NCBI GenBank assembly: GCA_964035545.1
Contig: CAXIUT010000230.1
Location: 1 to 64,000, forward strand
DNA from: Bugula neritina
Taxonomy: Eukaryota > Animalia > Bryozoa
Length of the DNA: 64,000 bases
Direction: 5' to 3'
Every line of letters starts with the position of its first letter. Within the stretch, counting starts at the first letter, position 1. Shown one piece after another: positions 13,461-31,000 of the stretch. The position numbers and the translations under genes were made by a program. The notes under the pieces are model-generated. The model was given only the letters and a program-made list of their open reading frames with translations, was not told the origin of the DNA and searched no databases.

Positions 13461-16400
13461 CAACATACTGCAACATACTAAAATACACTGTAACATATTG
13501 AAATACACTGCAACACATTGAAATATACTGCAAAATACTGAAATACACTGCTACATACTGAAATATACTGCGACACACTGCAACATACTGCAACATACTA
13601 AAATATACTGCAACATACTGAAATACACTGCAAAATACTGAAATACACTGTAACATACTGAAATATACTGCAACATACTGAAATACATTGCTACATACTG
13701 AAATATACTGCAACACACCGCAACATACTGCAACATACTAAAATATACTGCAACATACTGAAATATACTGCAACATACTAAAATACACTGTAACATATTG
13801 AAATACACTGCAACACATTGAAATATACTGCAATGTACCGAAATATATGGTAAACTACTGAAATATACTGTCACACATTGAAAAATACTGCAACATACTG
13901 AAATATACTGCGACACATTGCAATATACTGTAACATACTGAAATATGCTGTAGCACACTGAAATACACTGCAACTCACTGAAATATACTGCAACATACTG
14001 AAATACACTTCAACACATTGAAATATACTGCAACATACTGAAATACAGTGCTAGATACTGAAATATACTGCAACATACTGCAACATAGTGAAATACACTG
14101 TAACATACTGAAATACGCTGCAACATACTACAACATATTGAAATACACTGCAACACATTGAAATATACTGTAACATACCTAAATATACGGTAATATACCA
14201 AAATATACTGTAACACATTTAAAAAAACTGCAACATACTGAAATACACTGCAACACACTGAAATACACTGCAAAACACTGTAACACACTGAAATATACTG
14301 CAATACACTGCTACATACTGCAACATACTAAAATATACTGCAATATACTGAAATACACTGCAAAATACTGAAATACACTTTAACATACTGAAATATACTG
14401 CAACATACTGAAATACACTGCTACATACTGAAATATACTGCAACACACTGCAACATACTGCAACATACTAAAATACACTGTAACATATTGAAATATACTG
14501 CAACATACCTAAATATACGGTAAGATACTGAAATAAACTGTAACACATTGAAAAATACTGCAACATACCGAAAGATACTGCAAGATACTGCAACATACTG
14601 AACTACACTGTAACATAATGAAACACACTGCAACATACTGTATTATACTGACATGCACTGGAACATATTGAAATACACTGCAACAAATTGAAGTATACTG
14701 CAACACACTGAAACATACGGCAACATACTGAAATATACTGCAACAGATTGATATATACAGCAACATACTGAAATATACTGCGAAACAATGCAATATACTG
14801 TAACATACTGAAATATGCTGTAGCACACTGAAATACACTGCAACTCACTGAAATATACCGCAACATACTGAAATACACTGTAACATATTGAAATATACTG
14901 CAACATACTGCAACATACTGAAATACACTGGAACATAATGAAATACACTGCAACAAATTGAAGTATACTGCAACACACTGAAACACACTGAAATACACCG
15001 CAAAACACTACAACATACTGAAACATATTGCAACATACTGAAATACACTACTACATACTGAAATATACTGCAACATACTGCACCATACTGAAATACACTG
15101 TAACATACTAAAATACACTGCAACATACTACAACATATTGAAATACACTGCAACACATTGAAATATACTGCAACATACCTAAATATACGTTAATATACAG
15201 AAATATACTGAAACACATTGAAAAACACTGCAACATACTGAAATACACTGCAACACACTAAAATACACCGCCAAATACTACAACATACTGAAATGCACTG
15301 TAACATATTGAAATACACTGCAACACATTGAAATATACTGTAACATACCTAAATATACGGTAATATACCAAAATATACTGTAACACATTTAAAAATACTG
15401 CAACATACTGAAATACACTGCAACACACTGAAATACACTGCAAAATACTGTAACACACTGAAATATACTGCAATACACTGCAACATACTGCAACATACTA
15501 AAATATACTGCAACATACTGAAATACACTGCAAAATACTGAAATACACTTTAACATACTGAAATATACTGCAACATACTGAAATACACTGCTACATACTG
15601 AAATATACTGCAACATACTGCAACATACTGCAACATACTAAAATACACTGTAACATATTGAAATACACTGCAACACATTGAAATATACTGCAAAATACTG
15701 AAATACACTGCTACATACTGAAATATACTGCGACACACTGCAACATACTGCAACATACTAAAATATACTGCAACATACTGAAATACACTGCAAAATACTG
15801 AAATACACTGTAACATACTGAAATATACTGCAACATACTGAAATACATTGCTACATACTGAAATATACTGCAACACACTGCAACATACTGCAACATACTA
15901 AAATATACTGCAACATACTGAAATATACTGCAACATACTAAAATACACTGTAACATATTGAAATACACTGCAACACATTGAAATATACTGCAATGTACCG
16001 AAATATATGGTAAACTACTGAAATATACTGTCACACATTGAAAAATACTGCAACATACTGAAATATACTGCGACACCTTGCAATATACTGTAACATACTG
16101 AAATACACTGCTACATACTGAAATATACTGCAACACACTGCAACATACTGCAACATACTAAAATACACTGTAACATATTGAAATACACTGCAACACATTG
16201 AAATATACTGCAAAATACCGAAATACACTGCTACATACTGAAATATACTGCGACACACTGCAACATACTGCAACATACTAAAATATACTGCAACATACTG
16301 AAATACACTGCAAAATACTGAATTACACTGTAACATACTGAAATATACTGCAACATACTGAAATACATTGCTACATACTGAAATATACTGCAACACACTG

Positions 16401-19400
16401 CAACATACTGCAACATACTAAAATATACTGCAACATACTGAATTATACTGCAACATACTAAAATACACTGTAACATATTGAAATACACTGCAACACATTG
16501 AAATATACTGCAATGTACCGAAATATATGGTAAACTACTGAAATATACTGTCACACATTGAAAAATACTGCAACATACTGAAATTTACTGCGACACATTG
16601 CAATATACTGTAACATACTGAAATATGCTGTAGCACACTGAAATACACTGCAACTCACTGAAATATACTGCAACATACTGAAATACACTTCAACACATTG
16701 AAATATACTGCAACATACTGAAATACAGTGCTACATACTGAAATACACTGCAACATACTGCAACATACTAAAATACACTGTAACATATTGAAATACACTG
16801 CAACACATTGAAATATACTGCAAAATACTGAAATACACTGCTACATACTGAAATATACTGCGACACACTGCAACATACTGCAACATACTAAAATATACTG
16901 CAACATACTGAAATACACTGCAAAATACTGAAATACACTGTAACATACTGAAATATACTGCAACATACTGAAATACATTGCTACATACTGAAATATACTG
17001 CAACACACCGCAACATACTGCAACATACTAAAATATACTGCAACATACTGAAATATACTGCAACATACTAAAATACACTGTAACATATTGAAATACACTG
17101 CAACACATTGAAATATACTGCAATGTACCGAAATATATGGTAAACTACTGAAATATACTGTCACACATTGAAAAATACTGCAACATACTGAAATATACTG
17201 CGACACATTGCAATATACTGTAACATACTGAAATATGCTGTAGCACACTGAAATACACTGCAACTCACTGAAATATACTGCAACATACTGAAATACACTT
17301 CAACACATTGAAATATACTGCAACATACTGAAATACAGTGCTACATACTGAAATATACTGCAACATACTGCAACATAGTGAAATACACTGTAACATACTG
17401 AAATACGCTGCAACATACTACAACATATTGAAATACACTGCAACACATTGAAATATACTGTAACATACCTAAATATACGGTAATATACCAAAATATACTG
17501 TAACACATTTAAAAAAACTGCAACATACTGAAATACACTGCAACACACTGAAATACACTGCAAAACACTGTAACACACTGAAATATACTGCAATACACTG
17601 CTACATACTGCAACATACTAAAATATACTGCAATATACTGAAATACACTGCAAAATACTGAAATACACTTTAACATACTGAAATATACTGCAACATACTG
17701 AAATACACTGCTACATACTGAAATATACTGCAACACACTGCAACATACTGCAACATACTAAAATACACTGTAACATATTGAAATATACTGCAACATACCT
17801 AAATATACGGTAAGATACTGAAATAAACTGTAACACATTGAAAAATACTGCAACATACCGAAAGATACTGCAAGATACTGCAACATACTGAACTACACTG
17901 TAACATAATGAAACACACTGCAACATACTGTATTATACTGACATGCACTGGAACATATTGAAATACACTGCAACAAATTGAAGTATACTGCAACACACTG
18001 AAACATACGGCAACATACTGAAATATACTGCAACAGATTGATATATACAGCAACATACTGAAATATACTGCGAAACAATGCAATATACTGTAACATACTG
18101 AAATATGCTGTAGCACACTGAAATACACTGCAACTCACTGAAATATACCGCAACATACTGAAATACACTGTAACATATTGAAATATACTGCAACATACTG
18201 CAACATACTGAAATACACTGGAACATAATGAAATACACTGCAACAAATTGAAGTATACTGCAACACACTGAAACACACTGAAATACACCGCAAAACACTA
18301 CAACATACTGAAACATATTGCAACATACTGAAATACACTACTACATACTGAAATATACTGCAACATACTGCACCATACTGAAATACACTGTAACATACTA
18401 AAATACACTGCAACATACTACAACATATTGAAATACACTGCAACACATTGAAATATACTGCAACATACCTAAATATACGTTAATATACAGAAATATACTG
18501 AAACACATTGAAAAACACTGCAACATACTGAAATACACTGCAACACACTAAAATACACCGCCAAATACTACAACATACTGAAATGCACTGTAACATATTG
18601 AAATACACTGCAACACATTGAAATATACTGTAACATACCTAAATATACGGTAATATACCAAAATATACTGTAACACATTTAAAAATACTGCAACATACTG
18701 AAATACACTGCAACACACTGAAATACACTGCAAAATACTGTAACACACTGAAATATACTGCAATACACTGCAACATACTGCAACATACTAAAATATACTG
18801 CAACATACTGAAATACACTGCAAAATACTGAAATACACTTTAACATACTGAAATATACTGCAACATACTGAAATACACTGCTACATACTGAAATATACTG
18901 CAACATACTGCAACATACTGCAACATACTAAAATACACTGTAACATATTGAAATACACTGCAACACATTGAAATATACTGCAAAATACTGAAATACACTG
19001 CTACATACTGAAATATACTGCGACACACTGCAACATACTGCAACATACTAAAATATACTGCAACATACTGAAATACACTGCAAAATACTGAAATACACTG
19101 TAACATACTGAAATATACTGCAACATACTGAAATACATTGCTACATACTGAAATATACTGCAACACACTGCAACATACTGCAACATACTAAAATATACTG
19201 CAACATACTGAAATATACTGCAACATACTAAAATACACTGTAACATATTGAAATACACTGCAACACATTGAAATATACTGCAATGTACCGAAATATATGG
19301 TAAACTACTGAAATATACTGTCACACATTGAAAAATACTGCAACATACTGAAATATACTGCGACACCTTGCAATATACTGTAACATACTGAAATACACTG

Positions 19401-20040
19401 CTACATACTGAAATATACTGCAACACACTGCAACATACTGCAACATACTAAAATACACTGTAACATATTGAAATACACTGCAACACATTGAAATATACTG
19501 CAAAATACCGAAATACACTGCTACATACTGAAATATACTGCGACACACTGCAACATACTGCAACATACTAAAATATACTGCAACATACTGAAATACACTG
19601 CAAAATACTGAATTACACTGTAACATACTGAAATATACTGCAACATACTGAAATACATTGCTACATACTGAAATATACTGCAACACACTGCAACATACTG
19701 CAACATACTAAAATATACTGCAACATACTGAATTATACTGCAACATACTAAAATACACTGTAACATATTGAAATACACTGCAACACATTGAAATATACTG
19801 CAATGTACCGAAATATATGGTAAACTACTGAAATATACTGTCACACATTGAAAAATACTGCAACATACTGAAATTTACTGCGACACATTGCAATATACTG
19901 TAACATACTGAAATATGCTGTAGCACACTGAAATACACTGCAACTCACTGAAATATACTGCAACATACTGAAATACACTTCAACACATTGAAATATACTG
20001 CAACATACTGAAATACAGTGCTACATACTGAAATACACTG
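13461..20040. repeat. Tandem duplication, 3290-bp unit (13461-16750; 16751-20040)
   Basis: Pseudo-ORF pairs 14219/17509, 15258/18548 and 16231/19521; rare variants CGACACCTTG 16071/19361, AATTACACTG 16321/19611, AAATTTACTG 16581/19871. Confidence 0.93.
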
Positions 20041-23000
20041 CAACATACTGCAACATAGTGAAATACACTGTAACATACTGAAATACGCTGCAACATACTA
20101 CAACATATTGAAATACACTGCAACACATTGAAATATACTGTAACATACCTAAATATACGGTAATATACCAAAATATACTGTAACACATTTAAAAAAACTG
20201 CAACATACTGAAATACACTGCAACACACTGAAATACACTGCAAAATACTGTAACACACTGAAATATACTGCAATACACTGCTACATACTGCAACATACTA
20301 AAATATACTGCAATATACTGAAATACACTGCAAAATACTGAAATACACTTTAACATACTGAAATATACTGCAACATACTGAAATACACTGCTACATACTG
20401 AAATATACTGCAACACACTGCAACATACTGCAACATACTAAAATACACTGTAACATATTGAAATATACTGCAACATACCTAAATATACGGTAAGATACTG
20501 AAATAAACTGTAACACATTGAAAAATACTGCAACATACCGAAAGATACTGCAAGATACTGCAACATACTGAACTACACTGTAACATAATGAAACACACTG
20601 CAACATACTGTATTATACTGACATGCACTGTAACATATTGAAATACACTGCAACAAATTGAAGTATACTGCAACACACTGAAACATACGGCAACATACTG
20701 AAATATACTGCAACAGATTGATATATACAGCAACATATTGAAATATACTGCGAAACAATGCAATATACTGTAACATACTGAAATATGCTGTAGCACACTG
20801 AAATACACTGCAACTCGCTGAAATATACCGCAACATACTGAAATACACTGTAACATATTGAAATATACTGCAACATACTGCAACATACTGAAATACACTG
20901 GAACATATTGAAATACACTGCAACAAATTGAAGTATACTGCAACACACTGAAACACACTGAAATACACCGCAAAACACTACAACATACTGAAACATATTG
21001 CAACATACTGAAATACACTACTACATACTGCGATATACTGCAACATACTGCACCATACTGAAATACACTGTAACATACTAAAATACACTGCAACATACTA
21101 CAACATATTGAAATACACTGCAACACATTGAAATATACTGCAACATACCTAAATATACGTTAATATACAGAAGTATACTGAAACACATTGAAAAACACTG
21201 CAACATACTGAAATACACTGCAACACACTAAAATACACCGCCAAATACTACAACATACTGAAATGCACTGTAACATATTGAAATACACTGCAACACATTG
21301 AAATATACTGTAACATAGCTAAATATACGGTAATATACCAAAATATACTGTAACACATTTAAAAATACTGCAACATACTGAAATACACTGCAACACACTG
21401 AAATACACTGCAAAATACTGTAACACACTGAAATATACTGCAATACACTGCAACATACTGCAACATACTAAAATATACTGCAACATACTGAAATACACTG
21501 CAAAATACTGAAATACACTTTAACATACTGAAATATACTGCAACATACTGAAATACACTGCTACATACTGAAATATACTGCAACATACTGCAACATACTG
21601 CAACATACTAAAATACACTGTAACATATTGAAATACACTGCAACACATTGAAATATACTGCAAAATACTGAAATACACTGCTACATACTGAAATATACTG
21701 CGACACACTGCAACATACTGCAACATACTAAAATATACTGCAACATACTGAAATACACTGCAAAATACTGAAATACACTGTAACATACTGAAATATACTG
21801 CAACATACTGAAATACATTGCTACATACTGAAATATACTGCAACACACTGCAACATACTGCAACATACTAAAATATACTGCAACATACTGAAATATACTG
21901 CAACATACTAAAATACACTGTAACATATTGAAATACACTGCAACACATTGAAATATACTGCAATGTACCGAAATATATGGTAAACTACTGAAATATACTG
22001 TCACACATTGAAAAATACTGCAACATACTGAAATATACTGCGACACATTGCAATATACTGTAACATACTGAAATATGCTGTAGCACACTGAAATACACTG
22101 CAACTCACTGAAATATACTGCAACATACTGAAATACACTTCAATACATTGAAATATACTGCAACATACTGAAATACAGTGCTACATACTGAAATATACTG
22201 CAACATACTGCAACATAGTGAAATACACTGTAACATACTGAAATACGCTGCAACATACTACAACATATTGAAATACACTGCAACACATTGAAATATACTG
22301 TAACATACCTAAATATACGGTAATATACCAAAATATACTGTAACACATTTAAAAAAACTGCAACATACTGAAATACACTGCAACACACTGAAATACACTG
22401 CAAAATACTGTAACACACTGAAATATACTGCGACACACTGCTACATACTGCAACATACTAAAATATACTGCAACATACTGAAATACACTGCAGAATATTG
22501 AAATACACTGTAACATACTGAAATATACTGCAAAATACTGAAATACACTGCTACATACTGAAATATACCGCAACACACTGCGACATACTGCAACATACTT
22601 AAATACACTGTAACATATTGAAATACACTGCAACACATTGAAATATACTGCAATGTACCTAAATATATGGTAAACTACTGAAATATACTGTCACACATTG
22701 AAAAATACTGCAACATACTGAAATATACTGCGACACATTGCAATATACTGTAACATACTGAAATATGCTGTAGCACACTGAAATACACTGCAATTCACTG
22801 AAATATACTGCAACATACTGAAATACACTGTAACATATTGAAATATACTGCAACATACTGAAATACAGTGCTACATACTGAAATATACTGCAACAAACTG
22901 CAATATACTGAAATACACTGTAACATACTGAAATAAACTGCAACATACTACAACATAATAAAAGACACTGCAACACATTGAAATATACTGCAACATACCT

Positions 23001-23380
23001 AAATATACGGTAATATACCAAAATATACTGTAATACATTGAAATACACTGCAACACATTGAAATATACTGTAACTCGCTGAAACATACTGTAACTCATTG
23101 AAATATAGTGTAATATACGGAAATGTACTGTAAAATACTGGAATATACTGTAACACACTGAAATATACTGCAACATACTGAAATACACTGTAACATACTG
23201 AATTATACTGCAACATCCTGCAACATACTGAAATACACTGTAACATACTGAAATACACTGCAACACACTGCAACATACTGCAACATACCAAAACATACTG
23301 CAACATACTGAAATACACGGCAAAATACTGAAATACACTGCAAAATACTACAACATATTGAAATACACTGCAACACATTG

Positions 23381-26300
23381 AAATATACTGCAACATACCT
23401 AAATATACGGTAAGATACTGAAATAAACTGTAACACATTGAAAAATACTGCAACATACTGAAAGATACTGCAAGATACTGCAACATACTGAACTACACTG
23501 TAACATAATGAAACACACTGCAACATACTGTATTATACTGACATACACTGGAACATATTGAAATACACTGCAACAAATTGAAGTATACTGCAACACACTG
23601 AAACACACTGAAATACACCGCAAAACACTACAACATACTGAAACATATTGCAACATACTGAAATACACTACTACATACTGAAATATACTGCAACATACTG
23701 CACCATGCTGAAATACACTGTAACATACTAAAATACACTGCAACATACTACAACATATTGAAATACACTGCAACACATTGAAATATACTGCAACATACCT
23801 AAATATACGGTAATATACTGAAATATACTGTAAAACATTGAAAAACACTGCAACATACTGAAATACACCGCAACACACTGAAATATACTGCAATGTACCG
23901 AAATATATGGTAAACTACTGAAATATACTGACACACATCGCAATATACTGTAACATACTGAAATATGCTGTAGCACACTGAAATACACTGCAACTCACTG
24001 AGATATACTGCAACATACTGAAATACACTGTAACATATTGAAATATACTGCAACATACTGCAACATACTGAAATACATTGCAACACACTGAAATACACTG
24101 CAAAACACTGCAACATACTGCAACATACTAAAATATACTGCAACATACTGAAATACAGTGCAAAATACTGAAATACACTGTAACATACTGAAATATACTG
24201 CAACATACTGAAATACACTGCTACATACTGAAATATACTGCAACACACAGCAACATACTGCAACATACTAAAATACACTGTAACATATTGGAATACACTG
24301 CAACGCATTGAAATATACTGCAAAATACTGAAATACACTGCTACATACTGAAATATACTGCAACACACTGCAACATACTGCAACATACTAAAATATACTG
24401 CAACATACTGAAATATACTGCAAAATACTGAAATACACTGCTACATACTGAAATATACTGCAACACACTGCGACATACTGCAACATACTAAAATATACTG
24501 CAACATACTGAAATACACTGCAAAATACTGAAATACACTTTAACATACTGAAATATACTGCAACATACTGAAATACACTGCTACATACTGAAATATACTG
24601 CAACACACTGCAACATACTGCAACATACTAAAATACACTGTAACATATTGAAATACACTGCAACACATTGAAATATACTGCAAAATACTGAAATACACTG
24701 CTACATACTGAAATATACTGCGACACACTGCAACATACTGCAACATACTAAAATATACTGCAACATACTGAAATACACTGCAAAATACTGAAATACACTG
24801 TAACATACTGAAATATACTGCAACATACTGAAATACATTGCTACATACTGAAATATACTGCAACACACTGCAACATACTGCAACATACTAAAATATACTG
24901 CAACATACTGAAATATACTGCAACATACTAAAATACACTGTAACATATTGAAATACACTGCAACACATTGAAATATACTGCAATGTACCGAAATATATGG
25001 TAAACTACTGAAATATACTGTCACACATTGAAAAATACTGCAACATACTGAAATATACTGCGACACATTGCAATATACTGTAACATACTGAAATATGCTG
25101 TAGCACACTGAAATACACTGCAACTCACTGAAATATACTGCAGCATACTGAAATACACTTCAACACATTGAAATATACTGCAACATACTGAAATACAGTG
25201 CTACATACTGAAATATACTGCAACATACTGCAACATAGTGAAATACACTGTAACATACTGAAATACGCTGCAACATACTACAACATATTGAAATACACTG
25301 CAACACATTGAAATATACTGTAACATACCTAAATATACGGTAATATACCAAAATATACTGTAACACATTTAAAAAAACTGCAACATACTGAAATACACTG
25401 CAACACACTGAAATACACTGGAACATATTGAAATACACTGCAACAAATTGAAGTATACTGCAACACACTGAAACACACTGAAATACACCGCAAAACACTA
25501 CAACATACTGAAACATATTGCAACATACTGAAATACACTACTACATACTGAAATATACTGCAACATACTGCACCATACTGAAATACACTGTAACATACTA
25601 AAATACACTGCAACATACTACAACATATTGAAAAACACTGCAACATACTGAAATACACTGCAACACACTAAAATACACCGCCAAATACTACAACATACTG
25701 AAATGCACTGTAACATATTGAAATACACTGCAACACATTGAAATATACTGTAACATACCTAAATATACGGTAATATACCAAAATATACTGTAACACATTT
25801 AAAAATACTGCAACATACTGAAATACACTGCAACACACTGAAATACACTGCAAAATACTGTAACACACTGAAATATACTGCAATACACTGCAACATACTG
25901 CAACATACTAAAATATACTGCAACATACTGAAATACACTGCAAAATACTGAAATACACTTTAACATACTGAAATATACTGCAACATACTGAAATACACTG
26001 CTACATACTGAAATACACTGCAACATACTGCAACATACTAAAATACATTGTAACATATTGAAATACACTGCAACACATTGAAATATACTGCAAAATACTG
26101 AAATACACTGCTACATACTGAAATATACTGCGACACACTGCAACATACTGCAACATACTAAAATATACTGCAACATACTGAAATACACTGCAAAATACTG
26201 AAATACACTGTAACATACTGAAATATACTGCAACATACTGAAATACATTGCTACATACTGAAATATACTGCAACACACCGCAACATACTGCAACATACTA

Positions 26301-28080
26301 AAATATACTGCAACATACTGAAATATACTGCAACATTCTAAAATACACTGTAACATATTGAAATACACTGCAACACATTGAAATATACTGCAATGTACCG
26401 AAATATATGGTAAACTACTGAAATATACTGTCACACATTGAAAAATACTGCAACATACTGAAATATACTGCGACACATTGCAATATACTGTAACATACTG
26501 AAATATGCTGTAGCACACTGAAATACACTGCAACTCACTGAAATATACTGCAACATACTGAAATACACTTCAACACATTGAAATATACTGCAACATACTG
26601 AAATACAGTGCTACATACTGAAATATACTGCAACATACTGCAACATAGTGAAATACACTGTAACATACTGAAGTACGCTGCAACATACTACAACATATTG
26701 AAATACACTGCAACACATTGAAATATACTGTAACATACCTAAATATACGGTAATATACCAAAATATACTGTAACACATTTAAAAAAACTGCAACATACTG
26801 AAATACACTGCAACACACTGAAATACACTGCAAAACACTGTAACACACTGAAATATACTGCAATACACTGCTACATACTGCAACATACTAAAATATACTG
26901 CAATATACTGAAATACACTGCAAAATACTGAAATACACTTTAACATACTGAAATATACTGCAACATACTGAAATACACTGCTACATACTGAAATATACTG
27001 CAACACACTGCAACATACTGCAACATACTAAAATACACTGTAACATATTGAAATATACTGCAACATACCTAAATATACGGTAAGATACTGAAATAAACTG
27101 TAACACATTGAAAAATACTGCAACATACCGAAAGATACTGCAAGATACTGCAACATACTGAACTACACTGTAACATAATGAAACACACTGCAACATACTG
27201 TATTATACTGACATGCACTGGAACATATTGAAATACACTGCAACAAATTGAAGTATACTGCAACACACTGAAACATACGGCAACATACTGAAATATACTG
27301 CAACAGATTGATATATACAGCAACATACTGAAATATACTGCGAAACAATGCAATATACTGTAACATACTGAAATATGCTGTAGCACACTGAAATACACTG
27401 CAACTCACTGAAATATACCGCAACATACTGAAATACACTGTAACATATTGAAATATACTGCAACATACTGCAACATACTGAAATACACTGGAACATAATG
27501 AAATACACTGCAACAAATTGAAGTATACTGCAACACACTGAAACACACTGAAATACACCGCAAAACACTACAACATACTGAAACATATTGCAACATACTG
27601 AAATACACTACTACATACTGAAATATACTGCAACATACTGCACCATACTGAAATACACTGTAACATACTAAAATACACTGCAACATACTACAACATATTG
27701 AAATACACTGCAACACATTGAAATATACTGCAACATACCTAAATATACGTTAATATACAGAAATATACTGAAACACATTGAAAAACACTGCAACATACTG
27801 AAATACACTGCAACACACTAAAATACACCGCCAAATACTACAACATACTGAAATGCACTGTAACATATTGAAATACACTGCAACACATTGAAATATACTG
27901 TAACATACCTAAATATACGGTAATATACCAAAATATACTGTAACACATTTAAAAATACTGCAACATACTGAAATACACTGCAACACACTGAAATACACTG
28001 CAAAATACTGTAACACACTGAAATATACTGCAATACACTGCAACATACTGCAACATACTAAAATATACTGCAACATACTG
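23381..28080. repeat. Dispersed copy of ~10811-15520 (offset 12570, then 12560)
   Basis: Pseudo-ORF pairs 11229/23799, 12590/25160, 13098/25668 and 15258/27818; marker CAGCATACTG 12571/25141; both carry the 30-bp deletion noted at ~11540. Confidence 0.85.
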
Positions 28081-31000
28081 AAATACACTGCTACATACTG
28101 AAATATACTGCAACATACTGCAACATACTGCAACATACTAAAATACACTGTAACATATTGAAATACACTGCAACACATTGAAATATACTGCAAAATACTG
28201 AAATACATTGCTACATACTGAAATATACTGCAACACACTGCAACATACTGCAACATACTAAAATATACTGCAACATACTGAAATATACTGCAACATACTA
28301 AAATACACTGTAACATATTGAAATACACTGCAACACATTGAAATATACTGCAATGTACCGAAATATATGGTAAACTACTGAAATATACTGTCACACATTG
28401 AAAAATACTGCAACATACTGAAATATACTGCGACACATTGCAATATACTGTAACATACTGAAATATGCTGTAGCACACTGAAATACACTGCAACTCACTG
28501 AAATATACTGCAACATACTGAAATACACTTCAACACATTGAAATATACTGCAACATACTGAAATACAGTGCTACATACTGAAATACACTGCAAAATACTG
28601 TAACACACTGAAATATACTGCAATACACTGCTACATACTGCAACATACTAAAATATACTGCAATATACTGAAATACACTGCAAAATACTGAAATACACTT
28701 AAACATACTGAAATATACTGCAACATACTGAAATACACTGCTACATACTGAAATATACTGCAACACACTGCAACATACTGCAACATACTAAAATACACTG
28801 TAACATATTGAAATACATTGCAACACATTGAAATATACTGCAAAATACTGAAATACACTGCTACATACTGAAATATACTGCGACACACTGCAACATACTG
28901 CAACATACTAAAATATACTGCAACACATTGAAATATAATGCAATGTACCGAAATATATGGAAAACTACTGAAATATACTGTCACACATTGAAAAATACTG
29001 CAACATACTGAAATATACTGCGACACATTGCAATATACTGTAACATACTGAAATATGCTGTAGCACACTGAAATACACTGCAACTCACTGAAATATACTG
29101 CAACATACTGAAATACACTGTAACATATTGAAATATACTGCAACATACTGAAATACAGTGCTACATACTGAAATATACTGCAACAAACTGCAATATACTG
29201 AAATACACTGTAACATACTGAAATAAACTGCAACATACTACAACATATTAAAAGACACTGCAACACATTGAAATATACTGCAACATACCTAAATATACGG
29301 TAATATACCAAAATATACTGTAATACATTGAAATACACTGCAACACATTGAAATATACTGTAACTCGCTGAAACATACTGTAACTCATTGAAATATAGTG
29401 TAATATACGGAAATGTACTGTAAAATACTGGAATATACTGTAACACACTGAAATATACTGCAACATACTGAAATACACTGTAACATACTGAATTATACTG
29501 CAACATCCTGCAACATACTGAAATACACTGTAACATACTGAAATACACTGCAACACACTGCAACATACTGCAACATACCAAAACATACTGCAACATACTG
29601 AAATACACGGCAAAATACTGAAATACACTGCAAAATACTACAACATATTGAAATACACTGCAACACATTGAAATATACTGCAACATACCTAAATATACGG
29701 TAAGATACTGAAATAAACTGTAACACATTGAAAAATACTGCAACATACTGAAAGATACTGCAAGATACTGCAACATACTGAACTACACTGTAACATAATG
29801 AAACACACTGCAACATACTGTATTATACTGACATACACTGGAACATATTGAAATACACTGCAACAAATTGAAGTATACTGCAACACACTGAAACACACTG
29901 AAATACACCGCAAAACACTACAACATACTGAAACATATTGCAACATACTGAAATACACTACTACATACTGAAATATACTGCAACATACTGCACCATGCTG
30001 AAATACACTGTAACATACTAAACTACACTGCAACATACTACAACATATTGAAATACACTGCAACACATTGAAATATACTGCAACATACCTAAATATACGG
30101 TAATATACTGAAATATACTGTAAAACATTGAAAAACACTGCAACATACTGAAATACACTGCAACACACTGAAATATACTGCAATGTACCGAAATATATGG
30201 TAAACTACTGAAATATACTGACACACATCGCAATATACTGTAACATACTGAAATATGCTGTAGCACACTGAAATACACTGCAACTCACTGAGATATACTG
30301 CAACATACTGAAATACACTGTAACATATTGAAATATACTGCAACATACTGCAACATACTGAAATACATTGCAACACACTGAAATACACTGCAAAACACTG
30401 TAACACACTGAAATATACTGCAACACACTGCAACATACTGCAACATACTAAAATATACTGCAACATACTGAAATACAGTGCAAAATACTGAAATACACTG
30501 TAACATACTGAAATATACTGCAACATACTGAAATACACTGCTACATACTGAAATATACTGCAACACACAGCAACATACTGCAACATACTAAAATACGCTG
30601 TAACATATTGGAATACACTGCAACGCATTGAAATATACTGCAAAATACTGAAATACACTGCTACATACTGAAATATACTGCAACACACTGCAACATACTG
30701 CAACATACTAAAATATACTGCAACATACTGAAATATACTGCAAAATACTGAAATACACTGCTACATACTGAAATATACTGCAACACACTGCGACATACTG
30801 CAACATACTAAAATATACTGCAACATACTGAAATACACTGCAAAATACTGAAATACACTTCAACATACTGAAATATACTGCAACATACTGAAATACACTG
30901 CTACATACTGAAATATACTGCAACACACTGCAACATACTGCAACATACTAAAACACACTGTAACATATTGAAATACACTGCAACACATTGAAATATACTG

